A DNA stretch of 64,000 nt from an uncultured Spirochaetota bacterium (GTDB taxonomy: Bacteria > Spirochaetota > Spirochaetia > SZUA-6 > Fen-1364): assembly GCA_963781885.1 (NCBI GenBank), contig CAWAHW010000002.1, positions 192,001 through 256,000 on the forward strand. The letters are read 5' to 3'. Made by a program: the position numbers and the translations under genes. Below, one piece after another: positions 29,298 to 38,754 of the stretch. The notes beneath the pieces were generated by a model, which searched no databases, was not told where the DNA came from, and saw nothing but the letters and a program-made list of their open reading frames with translations. Within the stretch, counting starts at the first letter, position 1. Each line of letters starts with the position of its first letter.

Positions 29298-30326
29298 ATG
29301 GCGAAAAGGGCGATCTGGCGTGAAGCTTTGAGCGTTGTCCCTGCGATCTCGCGGGAAGAATGGGGCACGCTGGGCCTGTTCTCCCGGTGGATGGTTTCCA
29401 GCAGGGCCGCCGTGCTCGTCATGACATTCGTTTCCAGCGCCGCCGCCGGGCTCCTTGCCCTTCGCGACGGCGTCGTGCGGCCCGTGGCGTGGCTTGTGAT
29501 GACCGTGGGCCTCATGCTCGGGCACGCGGTGAACAATCTCCTCAACGATTACACGGACTTCCGACGCGGCGTGGACACCGACGACTACCTGCGCACGCAG
29601 TACGGCCCGCAGCCGGTCGCGCAGGGGCTCCTTTCCCCGGGCGCGCTTCTTGCGTTTGCCTGCGTGACGGCCGCGGTCGTGCTTGCCTGCGCGGTCACGC
29701 TCTTTTTCATGGACGGGCAGGACCCCATGGTGCTGCTGCTCCTGGCGCTTGCATCGGTCTTCGTGCTCTTCTACACGTGGCCGTTGAAGTACGTAGCGAT
29801 GGGGGAGCTTTCGGTCCTCCTGGTCTGGGGTCCGATCATGATCGGCGGCGGCTCCTATGTGCTTGCCCGGCACTTCGACCCGGTCATCCTCCTTGCCGGC
29901 GCGCCATATGCGCTCTGCGTCACGACGGTCATATTCGGAAAGCACATCGACAAGATGCAGCTCGACCGCGCGAAGAAGATCCACACGCTGCCCGTCCTGA
30001 TCGGGGAAAAAGCGTCGCGCATGTCCATTGTCGTCATGACGGCATTGGCTTTTGCCGCAATAGCGGCGCTTATCGATCTGCGCTACTTCACTCCGGCAAT
30101 GGCCGTCGTAATTGCATCGCTTCCGGCGCTGAGGAAGACGCTTCCCTCCTTCTTCCGCCCGCGGCCTTCCCAGCGGCCTGCGGGATTCCCCGAGGGCAGG
30201 GGAGGCTGGCCCTTGTACTTTGCGCCTCTTGCATTCGTGGGCACGCGCGCTTTCGGCCTTTGGTACCTTGTGGGGCTGTGCGCGGAGGCTGCCCTGCGGC
30301 ACTTCATTCCGGGATTCTGGCGATAG
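29298..30326 (+). CDS. UbiA family prenyltransferase, MenA-like
   Basis: NNLLNDYTDFRRGVD, FYTWPLKY, HIDKMQLDRAKKIHTLPV; multi-TM. Confidence 0.8.
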   Translation: MAKRAIWREALSVVPAISREEWGTLGLFSRWMVSSRAAVLVMTFVSSAAAGLLALRDGVVRPVAWLVMTVGLMLGHAVNNLLNDYTDFRRGVDTDDYLRTQYGPQPVAQGLLSPGALLAFACVTAAVVLACAVTLFFMDGQDPMVLLLLALASVFVLFYTWPLKYVAMGELSVLLVWGPIMIGGGSYVLARHFDPVILLAGAPYALCVTTVIFGKHIDKMQLDRAKKIHTLPVLIGEKASRMSIVVMTALAFAAIAALIDLRYFTPAMAVVIASLPALRKTLPSFFRPRPSQRPAGFPEGRGGWPLYFAPLAFVGTRAFGLWYLVGLCAEAALRHFIPGFWR

Positions 30327-30358
30327 GATCGCCCCTCCGCTGTCGCGCGCGCCGTTCC

Positions 30359-31864
30359 TCAGCGCCCGGCTCCAAGGTGCTCTTTCATGAGCGGCCCGAG
30401 GGCGCGGTAGCCTTCATACCTTTCAGCATAGGCAGCCTGTTGACCGAGATCTGGCTCGAAGCGCTCCCCGAGTGTGACCATGGATGACACGGCGTCAGGG
30501 AGGGACGAAAAGACACCCGCGCCCACTCCTGCAAGCATTGCCGCACCAAGGCTTCCCGCCTCCGCCACGTGCGTGCGGAACACCGGCCTGCCCAGTATGT
30601 CCGCGGTGATCTGCAGCCACGCATCGGACTTGCTCCCGCCGCCCACTGCGCGCAGCTCCCGCATCGAGATGCCTGCCTCGGCAACCGAATCGACAAGCTC
30701 CTTGTGATAGAAGACGACCCCTTCCATGATGCCCTTGAGGATGTCCCCGCGTGTGGTGTCGAGCTTCAGGCCGACAATGACGCCCGAGGTGTCGGTGAGG
30801 TAATCCGGTGGACCGGTGACGGTGAAATGGGGAAGCACGAAAACGCTCGACGGACCTTGTGGTATCTCCCGCATGAGCGCCGGGTAGACATCCGTTCCCG
30901 CGCGGTCCGCGGCTTCCCTGTCCGCCCGCGCGAACGTGTCGCGGTACCATTTCACAAGAAGGCCGCCCTGGTTGTAGATGAAGGTGACGAACCTGCCCGG
31001 CGCCGCGTGGCACTCCGTGCTCAGCCCCCAGCGCATCATCGGGCCGGGCGGCTTTCTGCCCGCAAACACGGGCATGAAGCAGAGGTACGTGCCCATGCCG
31101 CTCATGCCCATGCCTTCATCCACCACGCCGCAGCCGAGGGCATTGGCGCATTGATCGTGGGTGCCGGCGACAATCATCGTTCCCTTCTCGAGGCCCAGCT
31201 CCTCCGCAAGGGGTCCTGACACGGCGCCAATGCGCGCGCCCGCGGGAACGGGGTCCGGCAGCTTCGCGATGTCGATGCCGGCAACTTCGGCGATCTCACG
31301 GGACCAGCGGAGTCCGTCCACGTCGAAGAGAAGCGTGCGCCCCGCCAGGGCATAGTCTACCGCAGGCTCTGCCCCGAGCATGAGTGAGACGAAACCGCTC
31401 CAGAGCAGGAGCTTCCAAGCGGCCGCGTAGACGGCGGGCGTGTGGTCGCGCACCCACATCAGCTTGGGCAGGCTGTACTGCGTGCCCAGGATGTTGCCAT
31501 TGATGCGATAAAGCCTCTCCGCCCCAATTCGCGTGGAAAGGAGCGGCAGGTACTCTTCGCCCCTGCTGTCTATCATGAGAAGCGATGGCCCCAGTATCTG
31601 CCGGTCCCTGCCCACGGGGACAAGCGATTCTCCCATCGATGACACGGCGAGGGCTTTGACCGGGTCCCTGCGCACACCGTGCACCGCCTGCGTGATGGTG
31701 CGCCGGACTTTGGTCCATACCTCCGCGGGGTCCAGCTCCAGCCATCCCGGCTGCGGGCGCACCATGTCGTACTCGTCGTAGGCAAAGGACAGGGCGCGCC
31801 CGTCTTCTGAAAACACCGTTGCCTTGCAGCCGGTCGTCCCCACGTCGATGCCCAGCAGGCTCAT
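30359..31864 (-). CDS. FGGY family carbohydrate kinase (xylulokinase-like)
   Basis: Starts MSLLGIDVGTTGCKA; GTHDQ, IMEGV, GGGSKSDAWLQITADILG; ORF-track extension to 32269 is translated repeat. Confidence 0.9.
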   Translation of the reverse strand: MSLLGIDVGTTGCKATVFSEDGRALSFAYDEYDMVRPQPGWLELDPAEVWTKVRRTITQAVHGVRRDPVKALAVSSMGESLVPVGRDRQILGPSLLMIDSRGEEYLPLLSTRIGAERLYRINGNILGTQYSLPKLMWVRDHTPAVYAAAWKLLLWSGFVSLMLGAEPAVDYALAGRTLLFDVDGLRWSREIAEVAGIDIAKLPDPVPAGARIGAVSGPLAEELGLEKGTMIVAGTHDQCANALGCGVVDEGMGMSGMGTYLCFMPVFAGRKPPGPMMRWGLSTECHAAPGRFVTFIYNQGGLLVKWYRDTFARADREAADRAGTDVYPALMREIPQGPSSVFVLPHFTVTGPPDYLTDTSGVIVGLKLDTTRGDILKGIMEGVVFYHKELVDSVAEAGISMRELRAVGGGSKSDAWLQITADILGRPVFRTHVAEAGSLGAAMLAGVGAGVFSSLPDAVSSMVTLGERFEPDLGQQAAYAERYEGYRALGPLMKEHLGAGR

Positions 31865-31904
31865 GCGCTCTAGCAGCGTCCGGACGGGCGCCGTTGTCAA
31901 GGCC

Positions 31905-32144
31905 GCCACGGTAGTCCGTGGCATTCGTCCGGCCACGGTAGTCCGTGGCATTCGTCCGGCCACGGTAGTCCGTGGCATTCGGCCCGGCCACGGTAGTCCG
32001 TGGCATTCGGCCCGGCCACGGTAGTCCGTGGCATTCGGCCCGGCCACGGTAGTCCGTGGCATTCGGCCCGGCGACGGTAGTCCGTGGCATTCGGCCCGGC
32101 GACGGTACTCCGTGGCATTCGGCCCGGCCACGGTAGTCCGTGGC
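31905..32144. repeat. Tandem array of nine 18-bp palindromic units with 9-10-bp constant linkers
   Basis: GCCACGG-TAGT-CCGTGGC starting at 31905, 31932, 31959, 31987, 32015, 32043, 32071 (GCG variant), 32099 (GCG, TACT loop), 32127; linker ATTCGTCCG x2, then ATTCGGCCCG x6. Confidence 0.97.
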
Positions 32145-32196
32145 ATTTCTGGACGCGCCGTGCGCTTCCGGATAGGATCACGGTCGGAGGTGGCGA

Positions 32197-33399
32197 ATGG
32201 CTGCAACACGCGCGCAGGTTGAGAATGCACTGGCGGCCGGCAATGGCATCTTGAGCCTCGAACCGGCATGGGTGGCCCGGGACTTCCTTCCCGCGGGCCG
32301 CAGGCTCGGTCTTCCCGAGGAAGCCTATGACGTGGGAGAGCGCGGGTGGATCAGCGAGCGGTGGCTTGCCTCCACGACAAAGGCGGACAACAGGATCGCC
32401 CTTCCCGACGAGGGCCTGAGCTACATCGCGGGCAAGGGCCCCCGCATGACGTTGCGCGACGCGGTGGAGGCGGCACCGGACCTCGTCATGGGTGATGAGT
32501 ATGCGAAAACGCACAAGGGCCTGGGCAGGCTTGCAAAGATATTCGACTACGCGGCGCGTTTGCCCTACCACATTCACCAGCGGCAGAAGGACCTGGACAG
32601 GCTGGGGCGGACGTCGAAGGAAGAGGCCTACTACTTCCCCGATGGCGTCGAGATGGGGCCGCACCCCGAGACATTTTTCGGCGTGCATCCGTCCCTTGTG
32701 GAGCGCCGGCAATTCGACCTGCTCCTCCCGTATCTCGTCGAGTGGAAGGACGATCGCATCCTTCGCTTCGCGCGCGCCTATCTGCAAGTGGCCGATGAAG
32801 GCTTCCATCTTCCGGCGGGCGGTCTCCATGCACCCGGCAGCGCCCTGACAATCGAGCTGCAGGAGGACTCGGACGTTTTCGCGATGCTCCAGGCACTCAA
32901 TGCCGGGTCAATCATTTCGAAGGAGCTCTTCTGGAAGGACGTGCATCCCGATGACAGAAAGAAAATCGGTGAGCGGGCCGTTCTCAACCAGATCGACTGG
33001 GAGGTGAGTGGCGACCCCTTCTTCTATGAGAACCGTCACACCTCGCCGCAGCCTGTCGCCAACGGAAGCCAGCCCGGCGGAGAAGAGTACTGGATCTACT
33101 ACAACACGCGGAAGTTCAGCGGCAAAAAGCTCGTCGTGAAGCCCGGGGGGAGCTACACGAGCCGGGACAAGGGCGTGTACAGCATCTTCGCCTGGCGGGG
33201 CAGCGGCACGGTCGACGGCCGCGACGTGGCAGGAAAGGACCACCAGCGGGACGAGCTCCTCGTGTCCCATGCCCGCGCCACGGTCCCGATCACGGTGAAG
33301 AATACCGGACGCGACGACCTTGTGCTGCTGAAGTTCTTCGGCCCGGACATAAATCCCGATGTCCCCATGATCCCGCACTACGGCACCTGGCGTCCATAG
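32197..33399 (+). CDS. Cupin-fold protein distantly resembling type I phosphomannose isomerase
   Basis: ERW, KIFD..LPYHIHQ, KEEAYYF, HLPAGGLHAPG..TIELQEDSD metal-site pattern; SD GGAGG. Confidence 0.65.
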   Translation: MAATRAQVENALAAGNGILSLEPAWVARDFLPAGRRLGLPEEAYDVGERGWISERWLASTTKADNRIALPDEGLSYIAGKGPRMTLRDAVEAAPDLVMGDEYAKTHKGLGRLAKIFDYAARLPYHIHQRQKDLDRLGRTSKEEAYYFPDGVEMGPHPETFFGVHPSLVERRQFDLLLPYLVEWKDDRILRFARAYLQVADEGFHLPAGGLHAPGSALTIELQEDSDVFAMLQALNAGSIISKELFWKDVHPDDRKKIGERAVLNQIDWEVSGDPFFYENRHTSPQPVANGSQPGGEEYWIYYNTRKFSGKKLVVKPGGSYTSRDKGVYSIFAWRGSGTVDGRDVAGKDHQRDELLVSHARATVPITVKNTGRDDLVLLKFFGPDINPDVPMIPHYGTWRP

Positions 33400-33415
33400 G
33401 CAGCAGGAGACGGAT

Positions 33416-34612
33416 ATGGCAGAAAGCACAGGTTTCACGTCCATGGCCGCATCACGGCCGGCCCGGCCCGCGCCCGAGATCGGCATCGGCATGCTGGGCT
33501 ACGCGTTCATGGGCAAGGCCCATTCCAACGCGTTCAAGAAGATCCCTTACATGATGTACCCGCCGGTCGCGATCCCGCGCCTGATCGCGCTGTGCGGAAG
33601 GGACGGCGAGGCTGTCTCCGCGGCGGCGGAGAGATACGGCTACGAGGGGTTCTACACGGACTGGCGGAAGATGCTCGGCGACCCGCGCATCCAGCTCTTC
33701 GACAATGGCGGGCCCAACGACATGCACGCGGAGCCCACGATCGAAGCGGCAAAGGCCGGCAAGCACGTGTTCTGCGAAAAGCCGCTTGCGCGGGACGCGA
33801 CGGAAGCGAAGACGATACTCGATGCCGCCGTGAAGGCGGGCGTCAAGCACCAGATGGCGTTCAACTATCGCTTCGTTCCGGCCGTGCGGCAGGCCTATGA
33901 GCTCGTCCGCGCGGGGAAGCTCGGGAAGCTGTACCACTTCCGCGCCCAGTACCTCCAAGAATGGATCATGCCGCACTATCACGTCCCCATGATATGGCGC
34001 ACGGAAAAAAAGCACTGCGGCACCGGCGCCATCGGCGACCTGGGCTCCCACGTGCTCGATCTCGCCCGATTCCTCATGGGCGAGGTGACGGGCGTGAGCG
34101 CGATGACACGGACCTTCGTCACGGAGAGGCCTCTGCCCGATGGAAAGGGAATGGGGAAGGTCGACGTGGACGATGCATTCGTGTCGATACTCGAGTTCGC
34201 CAACGGCGGCATCGGCACGCTGGAGGCGACGCGATTTGCCGCCGGTCACAAGAACTCAGGCACCTTCGAGATCAATGGGGAGAAGGGAAGCATCCGCTTC
34301 AACCTGGAAAAGCTCAACGAGCTGCAGGTCTTCTGGGTCGACGAGGAGCCGCGGGAGACGCAGGGCTTCCACGAGGTGAATGTCACCGAGCCGCATCATC
34401 CTTTCATGTCCAACTGGTGGCCGCAGGGGCACATCATCGGCTGGGAGCATACCTTCGTGCACGAGCTCAACCATTTCCTGGACTGCATCGTGAACAGGAA
34501 GGACGTGGCCCCGTACGGCGCCACATTCGAGGACGGCTATCGTAACGCGGTGATCTGCGACGCCATCGTCCAATCGGCTGCCGCGCGCAGACAGGTCGAC
34601 GTAAGGTTCTGA
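33416..34612 (+). CDS. Gfo/Idh/MocA oxidoreductase (levoglucosan dehydrogenase-like clade)
   Basis: GYAFMGKAHS, HVFCEKPLA, AFNYRF, YLQEW, GAIGDLGSH, VDVDD. Confidence 0.88.
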   Translation: MAESTGFTSMAASRPARPAPEIGIGMLGYAFMGKAHSNAFKKIPYMMYPPVAIPRLIALCGRDGEAVSAAAERYGYEGFYTDWRKMLGDPRIQLFDNGGPNDMHAEPTIEAAKAGKHVFCEKPLARDATEAKTILDAAVKAGVKHQMAFNYRFVPAVRQAYELVRAGKLGKLYHFRAQYLQEWIMPHYHVPMIWRTEKKHCGTGAIGDLGSHVLDLARFLMGEVTGVSAMTRTFVTERPLPDGKGMGKVDVDDAFVSILEFANGGIGTLEATRFAAGHKNSGTFEINGEKGSIRFNLEKLNELQVFWVDEEPRETQGFHEVNVTEPHHPFMSNWWPQGHIIGWEHTFVHELNHFLDCIVNRKDVAPYGATFEDGYRNAVICDAIVQSAAARRQVDVRF

Positions 34613-34708
34613 TTCTTTTGCAGGCTTTTTACATTCCTTTTTCTCTTCCCTGACAACGCCGCGCTCCGTTGGATGCACGCTCTCTGCGTGTCACTGCGGG
34701 AGGTGCAT

Positions 34709-36985
34709 ATGGAAACAGCGTTTCGATTTCGTCGATGGCTGGTGGGAGCGGCGTTTATGGCCGCGATTGCCGCCCCCGCGATGCTGGGCGCGGACGGGCT
34801 CATCATCGTGGAGAATCCGGGGGATTCCGTGCCGGGGCATTTCAGCTTCGCGCCGCTGTCCGTCACCTATCACCACGTGAGCGTGGCGATCACGGACCTT
34901 GCCGCGGTCACCACCGTGGACGAGGAGTTCTACAACCCGGGCAGCCAGAGGCTGGAAGGGACCTACATGTTCCCGCTGCCCGCCGGCGCGCAGATCGACT
35001 CCTTCTCCCTGGACATCAACGGGACAATGACGAAGGCGGAGCTCCTTCCTGCCGACAAGGCCCGTGCATTCTACGAGGAAATCGTGCGCACGATGAAGGA
35101 CCCCGCGCTTCTGGAATACGTGGGCAGGGGGGCTTTCCAGCTTCGGATCTATCCGATCGAGCCCCGATCCGGCAAGCGCATCATCATCACGTATTCCCAG
35201 CTCCTCACGAATGACGGGGGACTGGTCACCTACACGTATCCCCTGAACACGGAGAGGTTCAGCTCCGCCGCGCTGAAGGACGTGTCGGTGAGCGTCACGC
35301 TGGACGGCAAGCAGCCGCTGCGGAGCGTCTATTGCCCCAGCCACCCGGCGGAGATACACCGGGACGGCGACCGTCGGGCGGTAGTCGGATGGGAGGGTCG
35401 GGACGTGTGGCCCGACACGGATTTCACCGTCATGTGGAGCCGCACCCCGAGCCCGCTCGGCATCGACCTGCAGGCGGTCCGGTCGACGACAGGCGATGGA
35501 TACTTCATGCTCCTTGCGTCGCCCGGCTCGGTGCCGGACGCGGGAGGCGTGCAGCCAAAAGACATCTGTTTCGTGCTGGACACCTCGGGCTCCATGGCGG
35601 GAGCGAAGATGGGGCAGGCAAAGAAGGCCATCGAGTTCTGCCTGGCGAACCTGGGCAGGCAGGACAGGTTCGAAATCGTGCGCTTCTCAACGGAGGCGGA
35701 GCCCCTCTTCGGCAGCCTCGTGCCCGCGGACAAGGATCACGTGGACAAGGCGGTGAGCTTCGTGGACGGGCTTTCCGCCATCGGCGGCACGGCGATCGGC
35801 GACGCGCTGGACAGCGCCCTCGCGCTGCGGACGCCGGGAGGGACCCGGCCATACCTCGTCATCTTTCTTACCGACGGCATTCCGACGGTGGGTGAGACCG
35901 GCGAGGACACGCTCGTCGCGGAGGCATCACGGGCCGGCAGTGGCGCGCGGATCTTCACCTTCGGCATCGGCAACGACGTAAACACGCACCTCCTGGACCG
36001 CATCGCCTCCGAGACCCGGGCCGTCAGCCAGTACGTCCTTCCGAAAGAAGACATCGAGGTGAAGCTCAGCAGCTTCTATGCGAAGATACGCGATCCCGTG
36101 CTTTCGGGGTTGTCGCTCGACATCACCGGCACCGGCATCCGCGTGACCCAGCTCCAGCCGGCCGTCCTGCCGGATCTCTTCAGCGGCGACATGCTCGTGG
36201 TATTCGGACGCTACACCGGCTCCGGCACCGCGACGGCGCGCATCACGGGCACATTCAACGGCGCACCGAGGGAGTTCAGCGCGGAGGTGACGATCCCCGC
36301 GCGCACCGGTGCCGATTCCTTCGTGCCCCGCATGTGGGCGACCCGGCGCGTCGGCTGGCTGCTCGACCAGATGCGGCTGCACGGTGAATCCGACGAGCTT
36401 CGCGATGAGGTGATCCGGCTTGCCCGCGATTTCGGAATCGTCACGCCGTACACCGCCTATCTCGTGGTGGAAGATGAGGCGCGCCGCAACGTGCCGGAGC
36501 AGATCCGGTCCTTCCAGGACCTGGAAAAGGACAAGGGGGCGATGGACGACGTCCAGGCGCGCCTTGACTCCGTGCGCAAGGAGGCAGCGTCCGAGGCGAG
36601 CAGGGCAGGGGCGCCCGCCGTCGCCAATTCCATGGCTCTGCAGGACCTGACGTCCAGCACGAATATCCAGCAGTCATCCCAGGGGGAGGGGCTTGCGCGG
36701 CCTGCGTCACCGAATGCGGCGCCCGGCGGCTATCGCGACTTCCAGACGCGCAACTATGCGCAGCAGGCACAGATGGTGAACGGCCGCGCCTTCTACCTGA
36801 ACGGCAACATCTGGACGGATTCCACCGCACAGGCGGTGAAAAAGCTCGCGCAGATCCAGCTCAGATTCGCGAGCGCCGACTACTTCGCCTTCATGGCGAA
36901 GCACCCCGACGCGGCGCAGTGGCTGGCGCTGGGCAGCAACCTGGACCTCGTGGTGGACGGCGTTCTGGTGAGCATCAGGGAGTAG
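34709..36985 (+). CDS. Secreted VIT + vWA domain protein (inter-alpha-trypsin inhibitor heavy chain-like)
   Basis: Signal peptide; LEGTYMFPLP and KDPALLE (VIT); FVLDTSGSM and IFLTDG (MIDAS); IVTPYTAYLV. Confidence 0.9.
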   Translation: METAFRFRRWLVGAAFMAAIAAPAMLGADGLIIVENPGDSVPGHFSFAPLSVTYHHVSVAITDLAAVTTVDEEFYNPGSQRLEGTYMFPLPAGAQIDSFSLDINGTMTKAELLPADKARAFYEEIVRTMKDPALLEYVGRGAFQLRIYPIEPRSGKRIIITYSQLLTNDGGLVTYTYPLNTERFSSAALKDVSVSVTLDGKQPLRSVYCPSHPAEIHRDGDRRAVVGWEGRDVWPDTDFTVMWSRTPSPLGIDLQAVRSTTGDGYFMLLASPGSVPDAGGVQPKDICFVLDTSGSMAGAKMGQAKKAIEFCLANLGRQDRFEIVRFSTEAEPLFGSLVPADKDHVDKAVSFVDGLSAIGGTAIGDALDSALALRTPGGTRPYLVIFLTDGIPTVGETGEDTLVAEASRAGSGARIFTFGIGNDVNTHLLDRIASETRAVSQYVLPKEDIEVKLSSFYAKIRDPVLSGLSLDITGTGIRVTQLQPAVLPDLFSGDMLVVFGRYTGSGTATARITGTFNGAPREFSAEVTIPARTGADSFVPRMWATRRVGWLLDQMRLHGESDELRDEVIRLARDFGIVTPYTAYLVVEDEARRNVPEQIRSFQDLEKDKGAMDDVQARLDSVRKEAASEASRAGAPAVANSMALQDLTSSTNIQQSSQGEGLARPASPNAAPGGYRDFQTRNYAQQAQMVNGRAFYLNGNIWTDSTAQAVKKLAQIQLRFASADYFAFMAKHPDAAQWLALGSNLDLVVDGVLVSIRE

Positions 36986-37007
36986 CGGGCCTTCCGTGAG
37001 CGAAAGA

Positions 37008-37027
37008 GGCCGCCGGAAACGGCGGCC
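37008..37027. terminator. GC hairpin between convergent genes (possible terminator, no U tract)
   Basis: GGCCGCCG-GAAA-CGGCGGCC, perfect 8-bp stem with GNRA loop, 22 bp after vWA stop. Confidence 0.45.
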
Positions 37028-37097
37028 GATCATATCGGCACGCAATAGGCAAGGACAGATTCAACCGGGCAAAGCGGCCAGTTTTTGTGATCGTGGT

Positions 37098-37571
37098 CTA
37101 TTTGCCCGCCTCGAACAGCCCCAGGAATTCCTTCTTCAGCAGCAAATCAAAAAACAGCGACGAGCCGTCCTTCATCGCAAAAAGCATGACGGGGTTGGCA
37201 ACGACCCGATCGAAAAACGAGACGGGTCGAAGGGAGTCCGACGCCACGCCGCCGGCGATGGCGCCCATCGCGCCCCGGCGCGTCACCAGGCGGGCGCCCT
37301 GCACGTCGGCCACGGCAAAGGAGAATTCCGTCTTTGTGAATGAGCCGCGGGGACGCACGACGCGGGCGAGCCAGTTATCGTGCTCGAAGTCCTCGAACCA
37401 GACCATGCTCCCCACGGTGTACAGGAGCCCGGGCAGCTCGACGAGCTCATCGTGCGACCTGCCCAGGAAGGTGGCGAAGCTGGTGAGGCCAATGGGACCG
37501 CCTCTTTTTTCCGCGGTCTCCTGCCAGAACGCCTCGGGTGATTCTTCTTTTCTCCGGCTCCAGAGCTGCAT
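37098..37571 (-). CDS. Hypothetical protein
   Basis: 157-aa ORF with normal codon bias, SD-like AGGTAGG, 12 bp after the AKR gene. Confidence 0.65.
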   Translation of the reverse strand: MQLWSRRKEESPEAFWQETAEKRGGPIGLTSFATFLGRSHDELVELPGLLYTVGSMVWFEDFEHDNWLARVVRPRGSFTKTEFSFAVADVQGARLVTRRGAMGAIAGGVASDSLRPVSFFDRVVANPVMLFAMKDGSSLFFDLLLKKEFLGLFEAGK

Positions 37572-37583
37572 GTGTCCCTACCT

Positions 37584-38675
37584 TTAATGGGCCGGGAGGG
37601 CCGCGATCTCCGCCATGCGCGAGATGATGGGCAAGTGCTGCGTGCAAAGCTTTTCGCACTGGCCGCATTCCGTGCAGCGCGCCGCCTCGGAAGGCGACAC
37701 GCTCCAGTGCCATCCCAGGCGCTCCGTGATCGCGGCGCTGCGGCCGTAGAGCTTGCCGTGGTTCCAGGCTTCCATGAGCTTCGGAATGGGGATGCCCTCC
37801 GGACAGCTGTCGCAGTACTGGCAGCCGGTGCAGAGGTCCACGAATGAGGGCCCCAGCGACGCCTTGATCTTTTCGATGCCGGCCGTGGAGAGCGGAACGA
37901 ATCCGTCGATGGCGGTGGCTGCTTCCCGGACCTGCTCCACGGTGGAGAATCCCACGAGCGAGCAGGTGATCTTTTCGTGGGAGAAGAGGAATCGCAGGGC
38001 TCCCTGCACGACCGTTTCGCCGGGGTGAGTCGAAAGGAACGAGAAAAGCGACGGGTGTGACGGGATGATGCCGCCGCCCAGCGGGTTCATCACCACGCAG
38101 CCGAGGTCATGCGCCGTGATTGCTTCAAAGGCCTTTTCGCGCACGTTGAAGTTGTACGCCGAATAGCCGAAGAGGACGCCTTCGAATACCCCTTCCATGA
38201 GAAGCTCGCGGATATCGTCGCCGATCAAATGGCTGGAGACGCAGACGTGCCGGATGAGGCCTTCCTCCTTCAGCTTGCGGAAGACCTGGATGACGCCTTC
38301 CTTGCGCCGCGTGCGCCATTCCTCCAGGCTCGTGATGCACCAGACGTGGTAGAAATCGATCGTCGAAAGCCCCAGTCGCTTGAGCTGCGCCTCGATCTCC
38401 TTTCGGATGCCCTTTTCCGTGGACTGGAACGTCTTTGTGGAGCTGTAGAAGGGGAGGTTGCGCCGACGCAGCTCGGCGAATCCGTGGCCGAAGGCGATTT
38501 CGCTTTTCACGCCGAAATAGGCCGGGGCGGTGTCGAAGTAGTTGATGCCCGACTCCGCCGCCTGCACCATCATCGCCGTGCACGCGTCACGGTCATCCAC
38601 CGCGCCGAAGCGCATGCCGCCGAAGCCGAGTATCGAAACCTTTTCCCCGGTCCTGCCGTATTCCCTGTAGATCAT
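37584..38675 (-). CDS. Aldo/keto reductase with C-terminal 4Fe-4S dicluster domain
   Basis: LGFGGMRF, NYFDTAPAY, VMNPLGGG, CTGCQYCDSCP, CTECGQCEKLCTQ. Confidence 0.9.
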   Translation of the reverse strand: MIYREYGRTGEKVSILGFGGMRFGAVDDRDACTAMMVQAAESGINYFDTAPAYFGVKSEIAFGHGFAELRRRNLPFYSSTKTFQSTEKGIRKEIEAQLKRLGLSTIDFYHVWCITSLEEWRTRRKEGVIQVFRKLKEEGLIRHVCVSSHLIGDDIRELLMEGVFEGVLFGYSAYNFNVREKAFEAITAHDLGCVVMNPLGGGIIPSHPSLFSFLSTHPGETVVQGALRFLFSHEKITCSLVGFSTVEQVREAATAIDGFVPLSTAGIEKIKASLGPSFVDLCTGCQYCDSCPEGIPIPKLMEAWNHGKLYGRSAAITERLGWHWSVSPSEAARCTECGQCEKLCTQHLPIISRMAEIAALPAH

Positions 38676-38754
38676 GTCCTGTCACGATAGCGCGCGAGCA
38701 GGTCGCCCGTCAATTGAAAAAGGCGCTTCCCCTGCACGCCCCGCGGCCGCGCCA

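Noticed and set aside
31905-32144. CRISPR array
   Set aside because: Intervening sequences are 9-10 bp and nearly identical rather than unique spacers; no cas genes in the window
31865-32269. Repeat-containing N-terminal extension of the FGGY kinase (636-aa ORF)
   Set aside because: Kinase fold starts at MSLLGIDVG (31864); the 28-bp period cycles through frames and the ORF would overlap the divergent gene
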